Below, piece after piece: positions 25,397 to 43,340 of a stretch of DNA of 64,000 nt; positions within the stretch are counted from its first letter, which is position 1; every line of letters begins with the position of its first letter. Location: NCBI RefSeq assembly GCF_058153355.1, contig NZ_CM177019.1, one strand, 5' to 3'. The position numbers and the translations under genes are program-made. The notes under the pieces were generated by a model that was not told the DNA's origin, did not search any database, and saw nothing but the letters and a program-made list of their open reading frames with translations.

Positions 25397-25882
25397 TTAT
25401 TTAACCTGTTTCAGTACGTCAGCAGTGATGTCTTTTACATCGCTGCTGTTGTAAGCAACGGCGTTTGCATCAACAACCAGATCGATATCCTGGCTGTTGG
25501 CAACGGATTTCACAGCAGTCTGGATACGAGTAACCAGTTTGCCGCGTTCTTCGTTGGAACGACGAGCGCGATCCTGCTCAAAAGCCTGCGCTTTCTGAGC
25601 AAAAGTCTGGCGCTGAGCCATCACGTCTTTTTCCAGTTTGGTACGATCGCTGCCCGCTTTCATGGACTGCAGCTTTTTCATTTTAGCCTGCAGATCGGTT
25701 TCCATACGCTGCAGTTCGCTGGCACGGCCTTTGAACTCATTTTCCAGCGTGTTAGAAACACCGGTTTTCTGCGCTACCTGCTGGAACAGGCTGCCCATAT
25801 TGACGATTGCAATTTTGTCAGCCGCCTGAGCAGAAGTTGCCAGTGCTAAACCGAGACCTGCAGCTAATAACCACTTTTTCAC
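25397..25882 (-). CDS. skp: periplasmic chaperone Skp (OmpH)
   Basis: 161-aa ORF with signal peptide and coiled-coil; recognised as Skp. Confidence 0.96.
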   Translation of the reverse strand: MKKWLLAAGLGLALATSAQAADKIAIVNMGSLFQQVAQKTGVSNTLENEFKGRASELQRMETDLQAKMKKLQSMKAGSDRTKLEKDVMAQRQTFAQKAQAFEQDRARRSNEERGKLVTRIQTAVKSVANSQDIDLVVDANAVAYNSSDVKDITADVLKQVK

Positions 25883-26003
25883 AATAAACTCCTTACCATC
25901 CCATTTGCACCGGAGGGTGCAGTTCTTTGCGTGGCCCGGCGATCTTATATTGATCGCCTAAAGTCATCGCTACACTACCACTACATTCCTTTGTGGAGAA
26001 CAC

Positions 26004-28454
<2,451 letters not shown>

Positions 28455-28465
28455 CTAACTAACTC

Positions 28466-29818
28466 TCATAACCGAGAGAAATCATTGAAAAGTGCAAGCC
28501 CCATTAACAGCACCAGCAGAATCGAGCCAATGCGATAACAAAAGTCTTGAACCCGCTCGGATACCGGTCCGCCCTTGATCTTTTCGATCGCAAGGAACAG
28601 CAGATGCCCCCCATCAAGTACGGGCAACGGAAACAGGTTAATTATCCCTAAGTTCACGCTAATAAGCGCAAGAAACGGCAGGTAATAAACAACCCCGAGT
28701 TCCGCTGTCATCCCAGCCCCCTTGGCGATAGAGATCGGCCCACTGAGGTTGTTCAGTTTCACATCACCGGTGATCAATTTTCCCAGCATACTGACCGTCA
28801 GCTTCATCAGCTGCCACGTTTTGTCCGTGGCTTCGACGATGGCGTTGAACGGCCCATACTGGCGTACAACTTTATACTCATCTGGCAAAGGAATGACTTT
28901 CGGCTCAATACCGACAAAACCAATCGCCTTACCATTACCCGGTTTACTCTCCGGGATTAATGTCAAAGACAAGGGACTCCCCTGTCTTTCGATTTCTAAC
29001 GCTAAGGATTTACCCGGGTTATCCCGGACAAGCATCACAAAGGTCACCCACTGCGTTAAGGGCTGACCATCGACTTTAACGATCCTGTCGCCTGCTTGCA
29101 AACCTGCCTTGCTTGCCGCCGAGTTTGGCTGCACATTTTCCAGTACAGGTTCAATTTGCGGGCCACGAGGACGAATCCCCAGCGAAGATACCGGATCTTC
29201 TTTATCAGGCTCAAACGCCCAGTGACGTAAATCGAGCTTTACATCCCGTCGTTGGTCGCTGCCAAATGGCGCTACCGTAATGGTGGTGCTTTCATCGCCA
29301 ATTTTATCGACCAACTGCAAACGCACGGCATCCCAATCAGGCGTTTCGATACCATCTACGGCTTTTAGTTCCGTACCTGGTGCAATTTGTGCTTCCGCAG
29401 CTATCGAATTGGCTGCTATTTCGCCAACCACCGGACGTACGCCAGGTACACCAATAATAAAAACCAGCCAGTAGGCAAAGATAGCAAAAATGAAGTTTGC
29501 AACCGGACCTGCGGCAATAATCGCCGCACGTTGGCCGACAGATTTATTATTGAAGGCATGGTGGCGGAGTTCCGGAACAACCGGTTCTGCGCGCTCATCC
29601 AGCATTTTGACATAACCGCCCAACGGGATCAGGGCGATGACATATTCGGTGCCTAGCTTATCAGTTCGGCGCCAGAGCGCCTTGCCAAAACCTATTGAGA
29701 AACGCTCAACGCGAACACCACAACGCCGGGCAACCCAGAAATGACCAAATTCATGCACGGTGATAAGTACACCCAGTGCAACGATGAACGAAGCCAAATC
29801 CCAGAGAAAACTCAGCAT
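28466..29818 (-). CDS. rseP: regulator of sigma-E protease RseP (site-2 protease)
   Basis: ORF track 28466-29863; recognised RseP starts [11 protein letters not shown] (450 aa); HExxH motif (HEFGH) and PDZ domains. Confidence 0.95.
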
Positions 29819-29829
29819 ATTACCTTCCG

Positions 29830-30687
29830 TTAAAGCGTCCTGAATACCAGTAACAACAAGCAAGCAAAGACCGGTACCGCAGCCGTCAGACTATCAATAC
29901 GATCTAAAATACCACCGTGTCCTGGAATTAAATGACCGCTGTCCTTAATTCCTGCTTCACGCTTAAACATACTCTCGGTCAGATCGCCGAGCACTGAGGC
30001 TAACGCTGCGACAATAGAGCAAATGAGTAAGGTGACGGGAGCGACGTCGAGATTCGCCCACATGCCATAACCCCATGAGATTACCGCTGCAGTCGCGAGC
30101 CCACCGATAAAGCCTTGCCAGGTTTTACCCGGAGAAACCTTCGGTGCCAGCTTATGTTTACCAAACAATTTGCCAAACATATATGCGCCAGAGTCAGCGC
30201 CCCATACCAGGATCATGACATAGAGCAGCCATATTGCGCCACTGTAATGATTCTCGTCGTAGTGCCAGGCCCGTAACGCCAGCATGCCCCAGAAGAAGGG
30301 AACAATGGTTAGCACGCCAAAAATAATGCGCAATGTTTTAGAGTTACGCCAGATTGCTGCGGAACCTGGGTAAAACAGCACCAGCAATAGCGCGACAATC
30401 CACCAACCCAGCGAAGCCCAAAGTGAGATTTCAACCAGCGGTTGATGAATATTTCGGTGATATTCCGGCAACAGAAAAAGCATCAGCGCCAACAATAACC
30501 CACATAACACCGCCAACCATACTCGCTGCGAGCGAGTGGTAAAACCGCTAAGCTGTCCCCATTCCCACGCTGCCAGCATGCAGACCACCAGCGTTACAAT
30601 GGCGAACCCCACCGGCGGCAACAGAAACAACGCCGCGATGACGACGGGTATTAACACAAAAGCAGATATCAGGCGATACTTCAGCAA
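29830..30687 (-). CDS. cdsA: phosphatidate cytidylyltransferase (CDP-diglyceride synthase)
   Basis: 285-aa hydrophobic ORF; recognised as CdsA. Confidence 0.95.
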
Positions 30688-30699
30688 AAGCGCCCCCCA

Positions 30700-31461
30700 T
30701 CAGGCTGTTTCATCACCGGGCTCGGTGCCGCCGAAACGACGCTCTCGATTAGCAAAGGCATTTAACACCCCTTCAAAGTCTTGTTCATCGAAATCGGGCC
30801 AGAGAACATCTGTAAAGTAAAGTTCGGCATAGGCAATTTGCCAAAGCAAAAAGTTACTAATGCGATGCTCCCCCCCAGTCCTAATTACTAAATCTACAGG
30901 GGCCAGTTCATGCATACAGACATGCTGGTTTAGCATCTCTTCATCTATCTGATCTGGTTGCAGGTTTCCTTGCTGCACCTTTTCAGCCAGTTGCCTGACT
31001 CCCTGGACTATATCCCAACGTCCACCGTAGTTCGCCGCAATATTCAGCGTTAGACCGGTATTTCCGGCTGTTAGCGCTTCCGATTTACGAATACGTTCTT
31101 GCAAACGCGAGTTAAAGCGACTGGTATCGCCAATAATACGCAGACGTACGTTATGTCGGTGCAGGCTTTTTACTTCGCTATCGAGCGCCCAAACAAACAG
31201 TTCCATTAACGCACTGACTTCCTGCGCTGGTCGGTTCCAGTTTTCACTACTAAAGGCATACAGCGTTAACGCCTCAATACCGTTGTTGGCCGCAAAAGAG
31301 ACAGCCCGGCGGACGGATTTTGCCCCGGCTTTATGCCCAAAGGCACGAATCTTCCCTTGCTTTTTTGCCCAGCGACCATTGCCGTCCATAATGATCGCAA
31401 CATGACGACAGCCATGTACTGGCAATTTTTCGCTAAGTGGTTGAGTAGCAGACAACATCAC
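30700..31461 (-). CDS. uppS: undecaprenyl diphosphate synthase
   Basis: 253-aa ORF with HVAIIMDGNGRWA motif; recognised as UppS (IspU). Confidence 0.96.
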   Translation of the reverse strand: MMLSATQPLSEKLPVHGCRHVAIIMDGNGRWAKKQGKIRAFGHKAGAKSVRRAVSFAANNGIEALTLYAFSSENWNRPAQEVSALMELFVWALDSEVKSLHRHNVRLRIIGDTSRFNSRLQERIRKSEALTAGNTGLTLNIAANYGGRWDIVQGVRQLAEKVQQGNLQPDQIDEEMLNQHVCMHELAPVDLVIRTGGEHRISNFLLWQIAYAELYFTDVLWPDFDEQDFEGVLNAFANRERRFGGTEPGDETA

Positions 31462-31516
31462 GCGTTTCTTATTCCCTGACAGGGTTTACGGTACTCAGGA
31501 ATACTGAAGCCTATAC

Positions 31517-31542
31517 AAAAAAAAGCCGTGTAAAACCACGGC
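31517..31542 (-). terminator. Rho-independent terminator after dxr
   Basis: Minus strand: GCCGTGgttttaCACGGC followed by TTTTTTTT. Confidence 0.8.
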
Positions 31543-31646
31543 ATACCTGACCTTATAAAGCCAACTACTTATGGCCAGATGGCGCAGACTATATCACTGA
31601 AGCCCTACGCTAACAAATAGCACGACTCTCTGTAGCCGGATTATCC

Positions 31647-32843
31647 TCAGCTTGCGAGACGCGTCACCTCTTTTCTGGCGACTTCACGCGCGTTCGTATC
31701 AACAGATAACACATCGTCCACGCATTGTGGTTCGCGCATATCCATTTTTTCCAGTACGGATAAATTCAACGCGGCGATATCCGTAAAGCGGATTTGTTGC
31801 GCAAGAAAGGCTGCAACGGTGATTTCGTTTGCGGCATTCAATGCAGTCGTCGCAGCCTGGCCTTGTTCGAACGCGTCCATTGCCAGTTTAAGGCATGGAT
31901 AGCGATCATAATCCGGTGCGGCAAATGTCAACGCACTGAGTTTGCAAAAATCGAGCGGCTTCACGCCAGAGTTCACGCGATTCGGCCATGCCATGGTGTG
32001 GGCAATTGGCGTACGCATATCCGGTTCCCCCAGCTGCGCCAGAACACTGCCGTCCTGATAGCGCACCATTGAGTGAATCACTGACTGCGGGTGAATCAGC
32101 ACTTCCATCTGGCTGGCGCTGGCGTTAAACAGCCAACGCGCTTCAATGTATTCCAGACCTTTATTCATCATGGTAGCCGAATCGACAGAAATTTTACGCC
32201 CCATCGACCAGTTCGGATGACGGCAGGCTTGATCCGGCGTCATTGTTGCCAAATCGCGCAATGGCGTCTCACGGAAAGGGCCACCAGACCCGGTAAGTAA
32301 AATGGACACCACGCCATTTTGCTCAAGGTCAGCGTATCCCAGATTATGCTGGATAGGTTGCGGTAAACTCTGAAAAATGGCGTTATGTTCGCTATCGACC
32401 GGTAACAATTGCGCTTTGCTCTGCTTTACGGCGTCCATAAACAGACGTCCGCAAGTGACCAGTGATTCTTTATTGGCCAGCAAAATGGTTTTACCCGCGC
32501 GAATCGCAGCAAGCGTAGGTAACAGGCCAGCTGCGCCAACAATGGCTGCCATCACCTGATCAACATCCTCAAGCGCTGCCATATCGCAAGCGGCTTGTTG
32601 CCCACTTAAGACTTCGGTGCGGCTACCCTGTTGCTGTAGCATCGTTTTAAGAAGTTTCGCACTCGCTTCATCGTCCATTACAGCATATCGGGGAGAGAAT
32701 TCCAGGCACTGTTCTACCATGCGAGTGACATTTTTGCCTGCCACCAGCGCAACTACGCGGAAGTGTTCGGGATTATGGCGCACCACGTCCAGCGTGCTGC
32801 AACCAATCGAGCCGGTCGAGCCCAGAATGGTGAGTTGCTTCAT
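31647..32843 (-). CDS. dxr: 1-deoxy-D-xylulose 5-phosphate reductoisomerase
   Basis: 398-aa ORF starting [21 protein letters not shown]; recognised as Dxr (IspC). Confidence 0.96.
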   Translation of the reverse strand: MKQLTILGSTGSIGCSTLDVVRHNPEHFRVVALVAGKNVTRMVEQCLEFSPRYAVMDDEASAKLLKTMLQQQGSRTEVLSGQQAACDMAALEDVDQVMAAIVGAAGLLPTLAAIRAGKTILLANKESLVTCGRLFMDAVKQSKAQLLPVDSEHNAIFQSLPQPIQHNLGYADLEQNGVVSILLTGSGGPFRETPLRDLATMTPDQACRHPNWSMGRKISVDSATMMNKGLEYIEARWLFNASASQMEVLIHPQSVIHSMVRYQDGSVLAQLGEPDMRTPIAHTMAWPNRVNSGVKPLDFCKLSALTFAAPDYDRYPCLKLAMDAFEQGQAATTALNAANEITVAAFLAQQIRFTDIAALNLSVLEKMDMREPQCVDDVLSVDTNAREVARKEVTRLAS

Positions 32844-32865
32844 GAAACATCCAGAGTTGAGACAG

Positions 32866-32920
32866 AATAAAAAGCAAAACGCCGCCAGCCGATCCGCAAG
32901 GATCTACTGAGCGGCGTTTT
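32866..32920 (-). terminator. terminator after frr (stem with internal sub-hairpin, then T-run)
   Basis: Minus strand: AACGCCGC...GCGGCGTT flanking GATCCGCAAGGATC, followed by TTGCTTTTTATTC. Confidence 0.6.
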
Positions 32921-32934
32921 TGTCGTTCAAGAAA

Positions 32935-33492
32935 TCAGAACTGCATCAGTTCTGCTTCTTTGTCTGCCAGCGCCGCTTCAATTTTCTTGATTGCAGCATC
33001 AGTCAGTTTCTGTACATCGTCCTGAGAACGGCGATCGTCGTCTTCGCTGATCTCTTTATCTTTCAACAGTGCTTTCACTTTGTCGTTCGCGTCACGACGC
33101 ACGTTACGTACTGCAACACGCGCTTGTTCTGCTTCACCACGAACAATTTTGGTCAGATCTTTACGACGTTCTTCCGTCAGCGGCGGCAGCGGAACACGGA
33201 TGTCGCTACCCGCAGAGTTCGGGTTCAGGCCAAGATCGGACGCCATAATCGCTTTTTCAACGGCCGGAGACATTGAACGATCAAACACGTTGATTTTCAG
33301 AGTACGGGAATCTTCTACCGTTACGCTTGCCAGCTGACGCAGCGGCGTCGGCGTGCCGTAATATTCCACGACAATGCCATCCAGCAGGCTGGGAGAAGCA
33401 CGACCCGTGCGTATTTTGCTGATTTGGGTTTTGAACGCTTCTACGCATTTGTCCATGCGTACTTCAGCATCTTTTCTGATATCGCTAATCAC
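32935..33492 (-). CDS. frr: ribosome recycling factor
   Basis: 185-aa ORF; recognised as Frr. Confidence 0.96.
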
Positions 33493-33783
33493 GTTACGAA
33501 TCCTTGAAAACTTGTCTCAGTCAGACCAGACAGTCACACACAGTGGAAGTGTGCTAAGTATAGCCCTGATTAAACATATTACGGGTAATCGTCTGGATTA
33601 TTAGGCTATTTTATTTGCCATTTTGGCCCCGGGCAGTGCTCGCCATCCTCGCGTACTTGTGTACGCTCCGGTTGCTGCGCGCTGGCCGTGACCAAACTGC
33701 CTGCAACAATAACGCCTTATAACCAGACTTACGCCCCCGCGATACTTACGCGGAATCTTACCCTTATTTATCCATCACGGGAA

Positions 33784-34509
33784 TTATTCCGTGATTAAAG
33801 TCCCTTCTTTTTCACCCATTACCACACGGCGCAGCGCACCCGGTTTGTTCATGTTGAAAACACGAATCGGTAATTTATGGTCACGAGCCAGCGTGAAGGC
33901 CGCCAGGTCCATGACTTTCAGCTCTTTTTCCAGCACTTCGCTGTAAGTCAGTTGCTCGTACATCGTTGCGGTTGGATCTTTCGCCGGATCAGCAGTAAAC
34001 ACGCCGTCAACTTTGGTTGCTTTCAGCACCACATCGGCTTCAATTTCGATACCACGCAGGCAAGCTGCAGAGTCGGTGGTAAAGAACGGGTTACCTGTAC
34101 CGGCGGAGAGGATCACCACACGATTGTTGCGCAACAGGCTAATCGCTTCTGCCCAGCTGTAGCTGTCGCACACGCCATTCAATGGAATAGCGGACATCAG
34201 ACGAGCGTTCACATAGGCGCGGTGCAGTGCATCACGCATTGCCAGGCCGTTCATTACGGTCGCCAGCATCCCCATGTGGTCGCCCACAACGCGGTTCATA
34301 CCCGCTTTCGCCAGACCAGCGCCACGGAACAGGTTACCCCCACCAATCACCACACCAACCTGAATACCCAGTTCAACCAGTTCTTTGATTTCCTGAGCCA
34401 TGCGATCCAGTATGCTTGCATCAATACCGAAGCCTTCCGTGCCCTGCAGAGCTTCGCCACTCAACTTAAGCAGAATGCGTTTATAGACGGGTTTTGCATT
34501 GGTAGCCAT
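33784..34509 (-). CDS. pyrH: UMP kinase
   Basis: 241-aa ORF starting [21 protein letters not shown]; recognised as PyrH. Confidence 0.96.
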   Translation of the reverse strand: MATNAKPVYKRILLKLSGEALQGTEGFGIDASILDRMAQEIKELVELGIQVGVVIGGGNLFRGAGLAKAGMNRVVGDHMGMLATVMNGLAMRDALHRAYVNARLMSAIPLNGVCDSYSWAEAISLLRNNRVVILSAGTGNPFFTTDSAACLRGIEIEADVVLKATKVDGVFTADPAKDPTATMYEQLTYSEVLEKELKVMDLAAFTLARDHKLPIRVFNMNKPGALRRVVMGEKEGTLITE

Positions 34510-34611
34510 GTTTCTTTCCTGAGACTGTCAACGATTGAAATGAATTAATACCGGCGACATTGTACGTCGCTTTTCAGCGCAGCCCCATAAGGGTTAGCTG
34601 AATTTACAAGA

Positions 34612-34650
34612 TGGGCGCAAAAAGAAGCCGCCCTCAGGCGGCTCCTTTTC
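34612..34650 (-). terminator. Rho-independent terminator after tsf
   Basis: Minus strand: GGAGCCGCCtgagGGCGGCTTC followed by TTTTTG. Confidence 0.7.
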
Positions 34651-34655
34651 GATAA

Positions 34656-35507
34656 TTAAGACTGCTTGGACATCGCAGCAACTTCTGCTGCAAAGTCAGT
34701 CTCAACTTTCTCGATGCCTTCACCTACTTCGAAGCGGATGAAGCCAGTCACTTCAGCGTTATGCTCTTTCAGCAGCTGACCAACAGTTTTGCTTGGTTCC
34801 ATAACGAACGGCTGACCGGTCAGAGAAACTTCGCCGGTGAATTTCTTCATGCGGCCTTCAACCATTTTCTCTGCGATTTCTTTCGGCTTACCAGACTGCA
34901 TCGCGATATCCAGCTGAACCTGGTATTCTTTCTCTACCACTTCAGCGGAAACGTCTTCCGGTTTGATGAATTCTGGTTTGCTTGCAGCAACGTGCATAGC
35001 GATGTGTTTAACCAGCTCTTCGTCAGCGCCTTTAGCAGCAACCAGAACGCCGATACGCGCACCGTGCTGATAAGAACCCAGAACGTCGCCTTCCAGCGCA
35101 GCAACGCGGCGAATGTTGATGTTTTCACCGATTTTCGCTACCAGCGCAACACGTTCTTCTTCGAACTGTGCTTTCAGAACTTCAACGTCAGTGATTTTGC
35201 CAGCAACAGCTGCGTCCAGAACTTTGTCTGCGAACGCCTGGAAACCAGCGTCTTTTGCAACGAAGTCAGTCTGGCAGTTAACTTCCAGAATGATGCCGTA
35301 GTTGCCGTCGATTTTGGTTTTGATCACGCCGTCAGCAGCAACGTTGCCTGCTTTTTTCGCTGCTTTGATAGCACCGGACTTACGCATGTTTTCGATTGCC
35401 AGCTCGATGTCGCCGTTAGCTTCAGTCAGTGCTTTTTTGCAATCCATCATGCCTGCGCCAGTACGCTCACGCAGCTCTTTTACCAGGGATGCGGTAATTT
35501 CAGCCAT
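34656..35507 (-). CDS. tsf: elongation factor Ts
   Basis: 283-aa ORF starting [27 protein letters not shown]; recognised as EF-Ts. Confidence 0.97.
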
Positions 35508-35764
35508 TCTAAAATCCTCGGAGATGTGATCTGCCCGGCGTTAAACCGCACAGATATAAAAGTGAAAAAGGGGGCCATATGCAGGCCCCCTAACCAAACG
35601 TGTACTACCTGGTCTATAAGGGCTCTCCCCCTTCATATTTCGCGCCGCAGATGCGTTGTCTTCGCTCGCTCATCCCGGTCACTTACTGATGTAAGCTCCC
35701 GGGAATTCTCGAGCTTGCCGCCTTTCTGCAACTCGAACTAATTTGGGGGAGTTATCAAGCCTTA

Positions 35765-36712
<948 letters not shown>

Positions 36713-36857
36713 TCAGACGATGAATTTTCTATTATAGAAAACGTTCAGTGGCACGTTTGGCGAAATTCAGAATGATTCTCAATTTGCCCGGGTGTGATAC
36801 CATTGACGACACTTACATATATATTGTCGGTATCACCGACGCTGATGGACAGAATTA

Positions 36858-37652
36858 ATGGCTATCTCAATCAAGACCCCAGAAGATATCGAAAAAATGC
36901 GCGTCGCTGGCCGACTGGCTGCCGAAGTGCTGGAAATGATCGAACCGTATGTTAAACCGGGCGTCAGCACCGGCGAGCTGGATCGCATCTGTAATGATTA
37001 CATTGTTAATGAACAACACGCGGTTTCTGCCTGCCTCGGCTATCACGGCTATCCGAAATCCGTTTGCATCTCTATTAATGAAGTGGTGTGCCACGGTATC
37101 CCGGACGACGCCAAGCTGCTGAAAGATGGCGATATCGTTAACATTGATGTCACCGTAATCAAAGATGGTTTCCACGGCGACACCTCGAAAATGTTTATCG
37201 TCGGTAAGCCGACCATCATGGGCGAACGTCTGTGCCGCGTAACGCAAGAGAGTCTTTACCTGGCGCTACGCATGGTAAAACCGGGCATTAATCTGCGCGA
37301 AATCGGCGCGGCGATTCAGAAATTTGTCGAAGCAGAAGGCTTCTCCGTCGTTCGTGAATATTGCGGACACGGTATTGGTCGCGGCTTCCATGAAGAACCG
37401 CAGGTGCTGCATTATGACTCCCGTGAAACCAACGTCGTGCTGAAGCCGGGAATGACCTTCACCATCGAGCCAATGGTCAACGCGGGCAAAAAAGAGATCC
37501 GCACCATGAAAGATGGCTGGACGGTAAAAACCAAAGATCGCAGCTTGTCTGCACAATATGAGCATACTATTGTGGTGACCGATAACGGCTGCGAAATTCT
37601 GACGCTACGCAAGGATGACACCATCCCGGCGATAATCTCGCACGAAGAATAA
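36858..37652 (+). CDS. map: methionine aminopeptidase
   Basis: 264-aa ORF; recognised as Map (metal ligands D97/D108/H171/E204/E235 context). Confidence 0.96.
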   Translation: MAISIKTPEDIEKMRVAGRLAAEVLEMIEPYVKPGVSTGELDRICNDYIVNEQHAVSACLGYHGYPKSVCISINEVVCHGIPDDAKLLKDGDIVNIDVTVIKDGFHGDTSKMFIVGKPTIMGERLCRVTQESLYLALRMVKPGINLREIGAAIQKFVEAEGFSVVREYCGHGIGRGFHEEPQVLHYDSRETNVVLKPGMTFTIEPMVNAGKKEIRTMKDGWTVKTKDRSLSAQYEHTIVVTDNGCEILTLRKDDTIPAIISHEE

Positions 37653-37656
37653 GATG

Positions 37657-37682
37657 AAGCCGGCGAATGCCGGCTTTTTTAA
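37657..37682 (+). terminator. Rho-independent terminator after map
   Basis: AGCCGGCgaatGCCGGCT followed by TTTTTTAA. Confidence 0.85.
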
Positions 37683-37695
37683 TACGATAATTTAA

Positions 37696-40386
<2,691 letters not shown>

Positions 40387-40416
40387 TGTGTTTACTGATA
40401 TGAAAAGAGTTTAACA

Positions 40417-41241
40417 ATGCAGCAGTTACAGAACATTATTGAAACCGCTTTTGAACGCCGTGCCGAGATCACGCCAGCCAATGCAGACACCGTTACCCGC
40501 GAAGCGGTAAATCAGGTGATCGCCCTGCTGGATTCCGGCGCACTGCGTGTAGCGGAAAAAATTGACGGTCAGTGGGTGACGCATCAGTGGTTGAAAAAAG
40601 CGGTGCTGCTCTCTTTCCGTATTAATGATAATCAGGTGATCGAAGGGGCAGAAAGCCGCTACTTCGACAAAGTGCCGATGAAATTCGCTAACTACGATGA
40701 AGCACGTTTCCAGAAAGAAGGCTTCCGCGTCGTGCCACCAGCGGCAGTACGTCAAGGTGCGTTTATCGCCCGTAACACCGTGCTGATGCCGTCTTACGTC
40801 AACATCGGCGCATATGTTGATGAAGGCACCATGGTTGATACCTGGGCGACCGTCGGTTCCTGTGCGCAGATTGGTAAAAATGTCCACCTTTCCGGTGGCG
40901 TAGGTATCGGCGGCGTGCTGGAGCCGCTGCAGGCTAATCCGACCATCATTGAAGATAACTGCTTCATCGGCGCGCGCTCTGAAGTGGTTGAAGGCGTAAT
41001 TGTCGAAGAAGGTTCCGTCATCTCTATGGGCGTATACATTGGTCAAAGCACCCGTATTTACGACCGTGAAACCGGCGAAATCCACTACGGTCGCGTTCCG
41101 GCGGGGTCTGTGGTTGTTTCAGGTAATCTGCCGTCGAAAGATGGCAAATACAGCCTCTACTGTGCGGTGATCGTTAAGAAAGTTGACGCGAAAACTCGCG
41201 GCAAAGTCGGCATTAACGAACTGCTACGCACCATCGACTAA
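40417..41241 (+). CDS. dapD: 2,3,4,5-tetrahydropyridine-2,6-dicarboxylate N-succinyltransferase
   Basis: 274-aa ORF with hexapeptide repeats; recognised as DapD. Confidence 0.96.
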
Positions 41242-41253
41242 AAGTATGCACAC

Positions 41254-41285
41254 GGGCAGCACGACGCTGCCCGATTGCTTTCTGG
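41254..41285 (+). terminator. putative terminator after dapD
   Basis: GGGCAGCacgacGCTGCCC followed by GATTGCTTTCTGGTT (moderately T-rich). Confidence 0.55.
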
Positions 41286-41553
41286 TTCAGAATAATTCGT
41301 CCTACTCATTCTTCTTCCCCTTTTTTAAATACTTTTTCATCTTGTTTCGGACTGTCATGTAATTCGCAAAACAAAGATAAATGTGCTAATCCATCCCATG
41401 GAATATCGCCACAATAAAGCAGGTAATTTTTTGATTTTTACGCCATGATAGAAGTCTGGAAGAAAAAGGCTTTCTGCGATCACAGTCGAGCCGGGCGGGC
41501 CAGGCCAAATGCTAAAATAAGCACAATTTACTGACTCATTTTGAGGTAACGCT

Positions 41554-41940
41554 ATGTACGACAATCTGAAAAGTCTGGGTATTACCAATCCTGAAGAAAT
41601 TGATCGTTACAGCCTCCGGCAGGAAGCCAACAACGATATTCTGAAAATCTATTTCCAGAAAGACAAAGGCGAGTTTTTCGCCAAGAGCGTGAAATTTAAA
41701 TATCCACGTCAGCGCAAAACGATAGTCGCTGATGGTGTGGGTCAAGGTTATAAAGAAGTACAGGAAATCAGCCCGAACCTGCGGTATATCATTGATGAAC
41801 TTGATCAAATCTGCCAGCGTGACCGCAGCGAGGTCGATCTTAAGCGTAAGATCCTCGACGATTTACGTCACCTGGAATCAGTCGTCACTAACAAAATCAG
41901 CGAGATTGAAGCCGATCTGGAAAAACTGACACGTAAATAA
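41554..41940 (+). CDS. yaeH: UPF0325 protein YaeH
   Basis: 128-aa ORF starting [21 protein letters not shown]; recognised as YaeH. Confidence 0.9.
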   Translation: MYDNLKSLGITNPEEIDRYSLRQEANNDILKIYFQKDKGEFFAKSVKFKYPRQRKTIVADGVGQGYKEVQEISPNLRYIIDELDQICQRDRSEVDLKRKILDDLRHLESVVTNKISEIEADLEKLTRK

Positions 41941-41967
41941 TCCCTGACTGACGGTTAGCTCGGGTAG

Positions 41968-41994
41968 TCTCCTCTCCCCTTCGGGGTGAGGAGA
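41968..41994. other. stable stem-loop with UUCG-type tetraloop between convergent yaeH and cdaR (possible bidirectional terminator)
   Basis: TCTCCTCTCCCC-ttcg-GGGTGAGGAGA, imperfect 11-12 bp stem; no strong T-run. Confidence 0.5.
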
Positions 41995-42028
41995 ACAAGC
42001 CTGCCCCGCCTCGACCTTAACGCATAAC

Positions 42029-43186
42029 CTACCGCTCTTCATCTAGTTGCAGCGCCACATACAGCAGCAACCTGTCATCAAAATTGCCCAAATCAAGCCC
42101 GGTCAGTTCCGATATACGATTAAGCCGATACTCAAGAGTATTACGATGAATAAACAACGCCTTTGACGTTGCCAGCGGTTGCACATTGTGGCGAAACCAC
42201 GCCGCCAGCGTTCGCCGCAGCAAGCCGTTATTGTCCATCGCTTTCAGCCGCGCCAGCGGTCGCGCCAGTTCGTTGGCCTGCCAGTCGCCACGCAAACTGT
42301 CGAGCAACACAGGCAACATCAAATCCTGATAAAAATAGCAGCGACTTTCGGGCATCCGCTGTTTACCCACCACCATCGTCGTTTTCGCCGTACGATAGGA
42401 TCGGGCAATACTGCCAGGACCGGTAAAATAGTTGCCCAGCGAAACGCGAAAACGCAGCTGGCCGTACTCTTTCATGCGGGTAATCAGTTGTTCAACTCGC
42501 TTACGATGATCTTCTGCATCCCAGCGCCCAAAAGAGTTCAACGCCGGTTTCAACACCACCATTTCGGTCAGCGAGACAATCGCCACCAGATTATTACGCT
42601 CGGGCGTAGTCAGCGCGTTTTGCAGTTGCTGTAACTCCGCCATTGCGCTATCCACGCCAAGTTGACCGCTATCGACCTCAACAATAGCCACCACTCGCGG
42701 TTGATTGAGATCGATCCCCAACCGTTGCGCCCATTCAGTGAGTGCGGGAGTATTCTCCTCCGCCTGAATCAGGTTCATCACCAACTCTTCCCGCAAACGG
42801 CTATCCTGCGCCAACAGATGCATCAACCGCGACTGTTCCAGCATCATTTCAGCCGTCATGCAGACCAGTTCGCCATATTTACGCAGATTCTCTGGTTCAC
42901 CAGTCAAGCCGATTACGCCGACAATTTCACCTTCCAGCCGTAATGGTAGATTAATCCCCTGCCGCACACCGTGCAGATGACGTGCCACCGCGTCATCGAT
43001 ATCGACGACTCGTCCCTGTGAAAGTACCAGCAATGCACCTTCGTGCAATTCACCAATACGCTCACGATCGCCGCTGCCGATAATACGCCCGCGGGCATCC
43101 ATTACGTTAATATTGGTATCAATGATGCGCATGGTGCGCGCCACGATATCCTGCGCCATTTTGGTATCAAGATGCCAGCCAGCCAT
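42029..43186 (-). CDS. cdaR: carbohydrate diacid regulator CdaR (SdaR)
   Basis: ORF track 42029-43204; recognised CdaR starts MAGWHLDTKMAQDIV (385 aa); C-terminal HTH. Confidence 0.93.
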   Translation of the reverse strand: MAGWHLDTKMAQDIVARTMRIIDTNINVMDARGRIIGSGDRERIGELHEGALLVLSQGRVVDIDDAVARHLHGVRQGINLPLRLEGEIVGVIGLTGEPENLRKYGELVCMTAEMMLEQSRLMHLLAQDSRLREELVMNLIQAEENTPALTEWAQRLGIDLNQPRVVAIVEVDSGQLGVDSAMAELQQLQNALTTPERNNLVAIVSLTEMVVLKPALNSFGRWDAEDHRKRVEQLITRMKEYGQLRFRVSLGNYFTGPGSIARSYRTAKTTMVVGKQRMPESRCYFYQDLMLPVLLDSLRGDWQANELARPLARLKAMDNNGLLRRTLAAWFRHNVQPLATSKALFIHRNTLEYRLNRISELTGLDLGNFDDRLLLYVALQLDEER

Positions 43187-43304
43187 AAGTCCTCCGTTAT
43201 GCACGGCTTAGCATAAGGAAGTACGTAACGTACGGCATTGTGCAAATGCCCAAAGGATGAGGAAGATGTATGGAGTTGTGGTGAAGTTCACAGATTGTAA
43301 GGAG

Positions 43305-43332
43305 AACCCCTTCCCGTTTTCAGGAAGGGGTT
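43305..43332 (-). terminator. putative terminator after degP
   Basis: AACCCCTTCC-loop-GGAAGGGGTT hairpin immediately downstream of degP stop. Confidence 0.6.
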
Positions 43333-43340
43333 GAGGAAGA

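Noticed and set aside
33493-33783. 291-bp frr-pyrH spacer and 257-bp tsf-rpsB spacer as candidate sRNA or small-protein loci
   Set aside because: No convincing ORF with a ribosome-binding site and no strong terminator-bounded unit in either; the lengths match what I recall for these well-studied operon junctions, so they are most likely ordinary promoter/leader regions.
41355-41808. Minus-strand ORFs of 77 aa and 90 aa overlapping the yaeH start and promoter
   Set aside because: They overlap the confidently called yaeH on the opposite strand, have no recognisable features, and sit in AT-rich promoter DNA.
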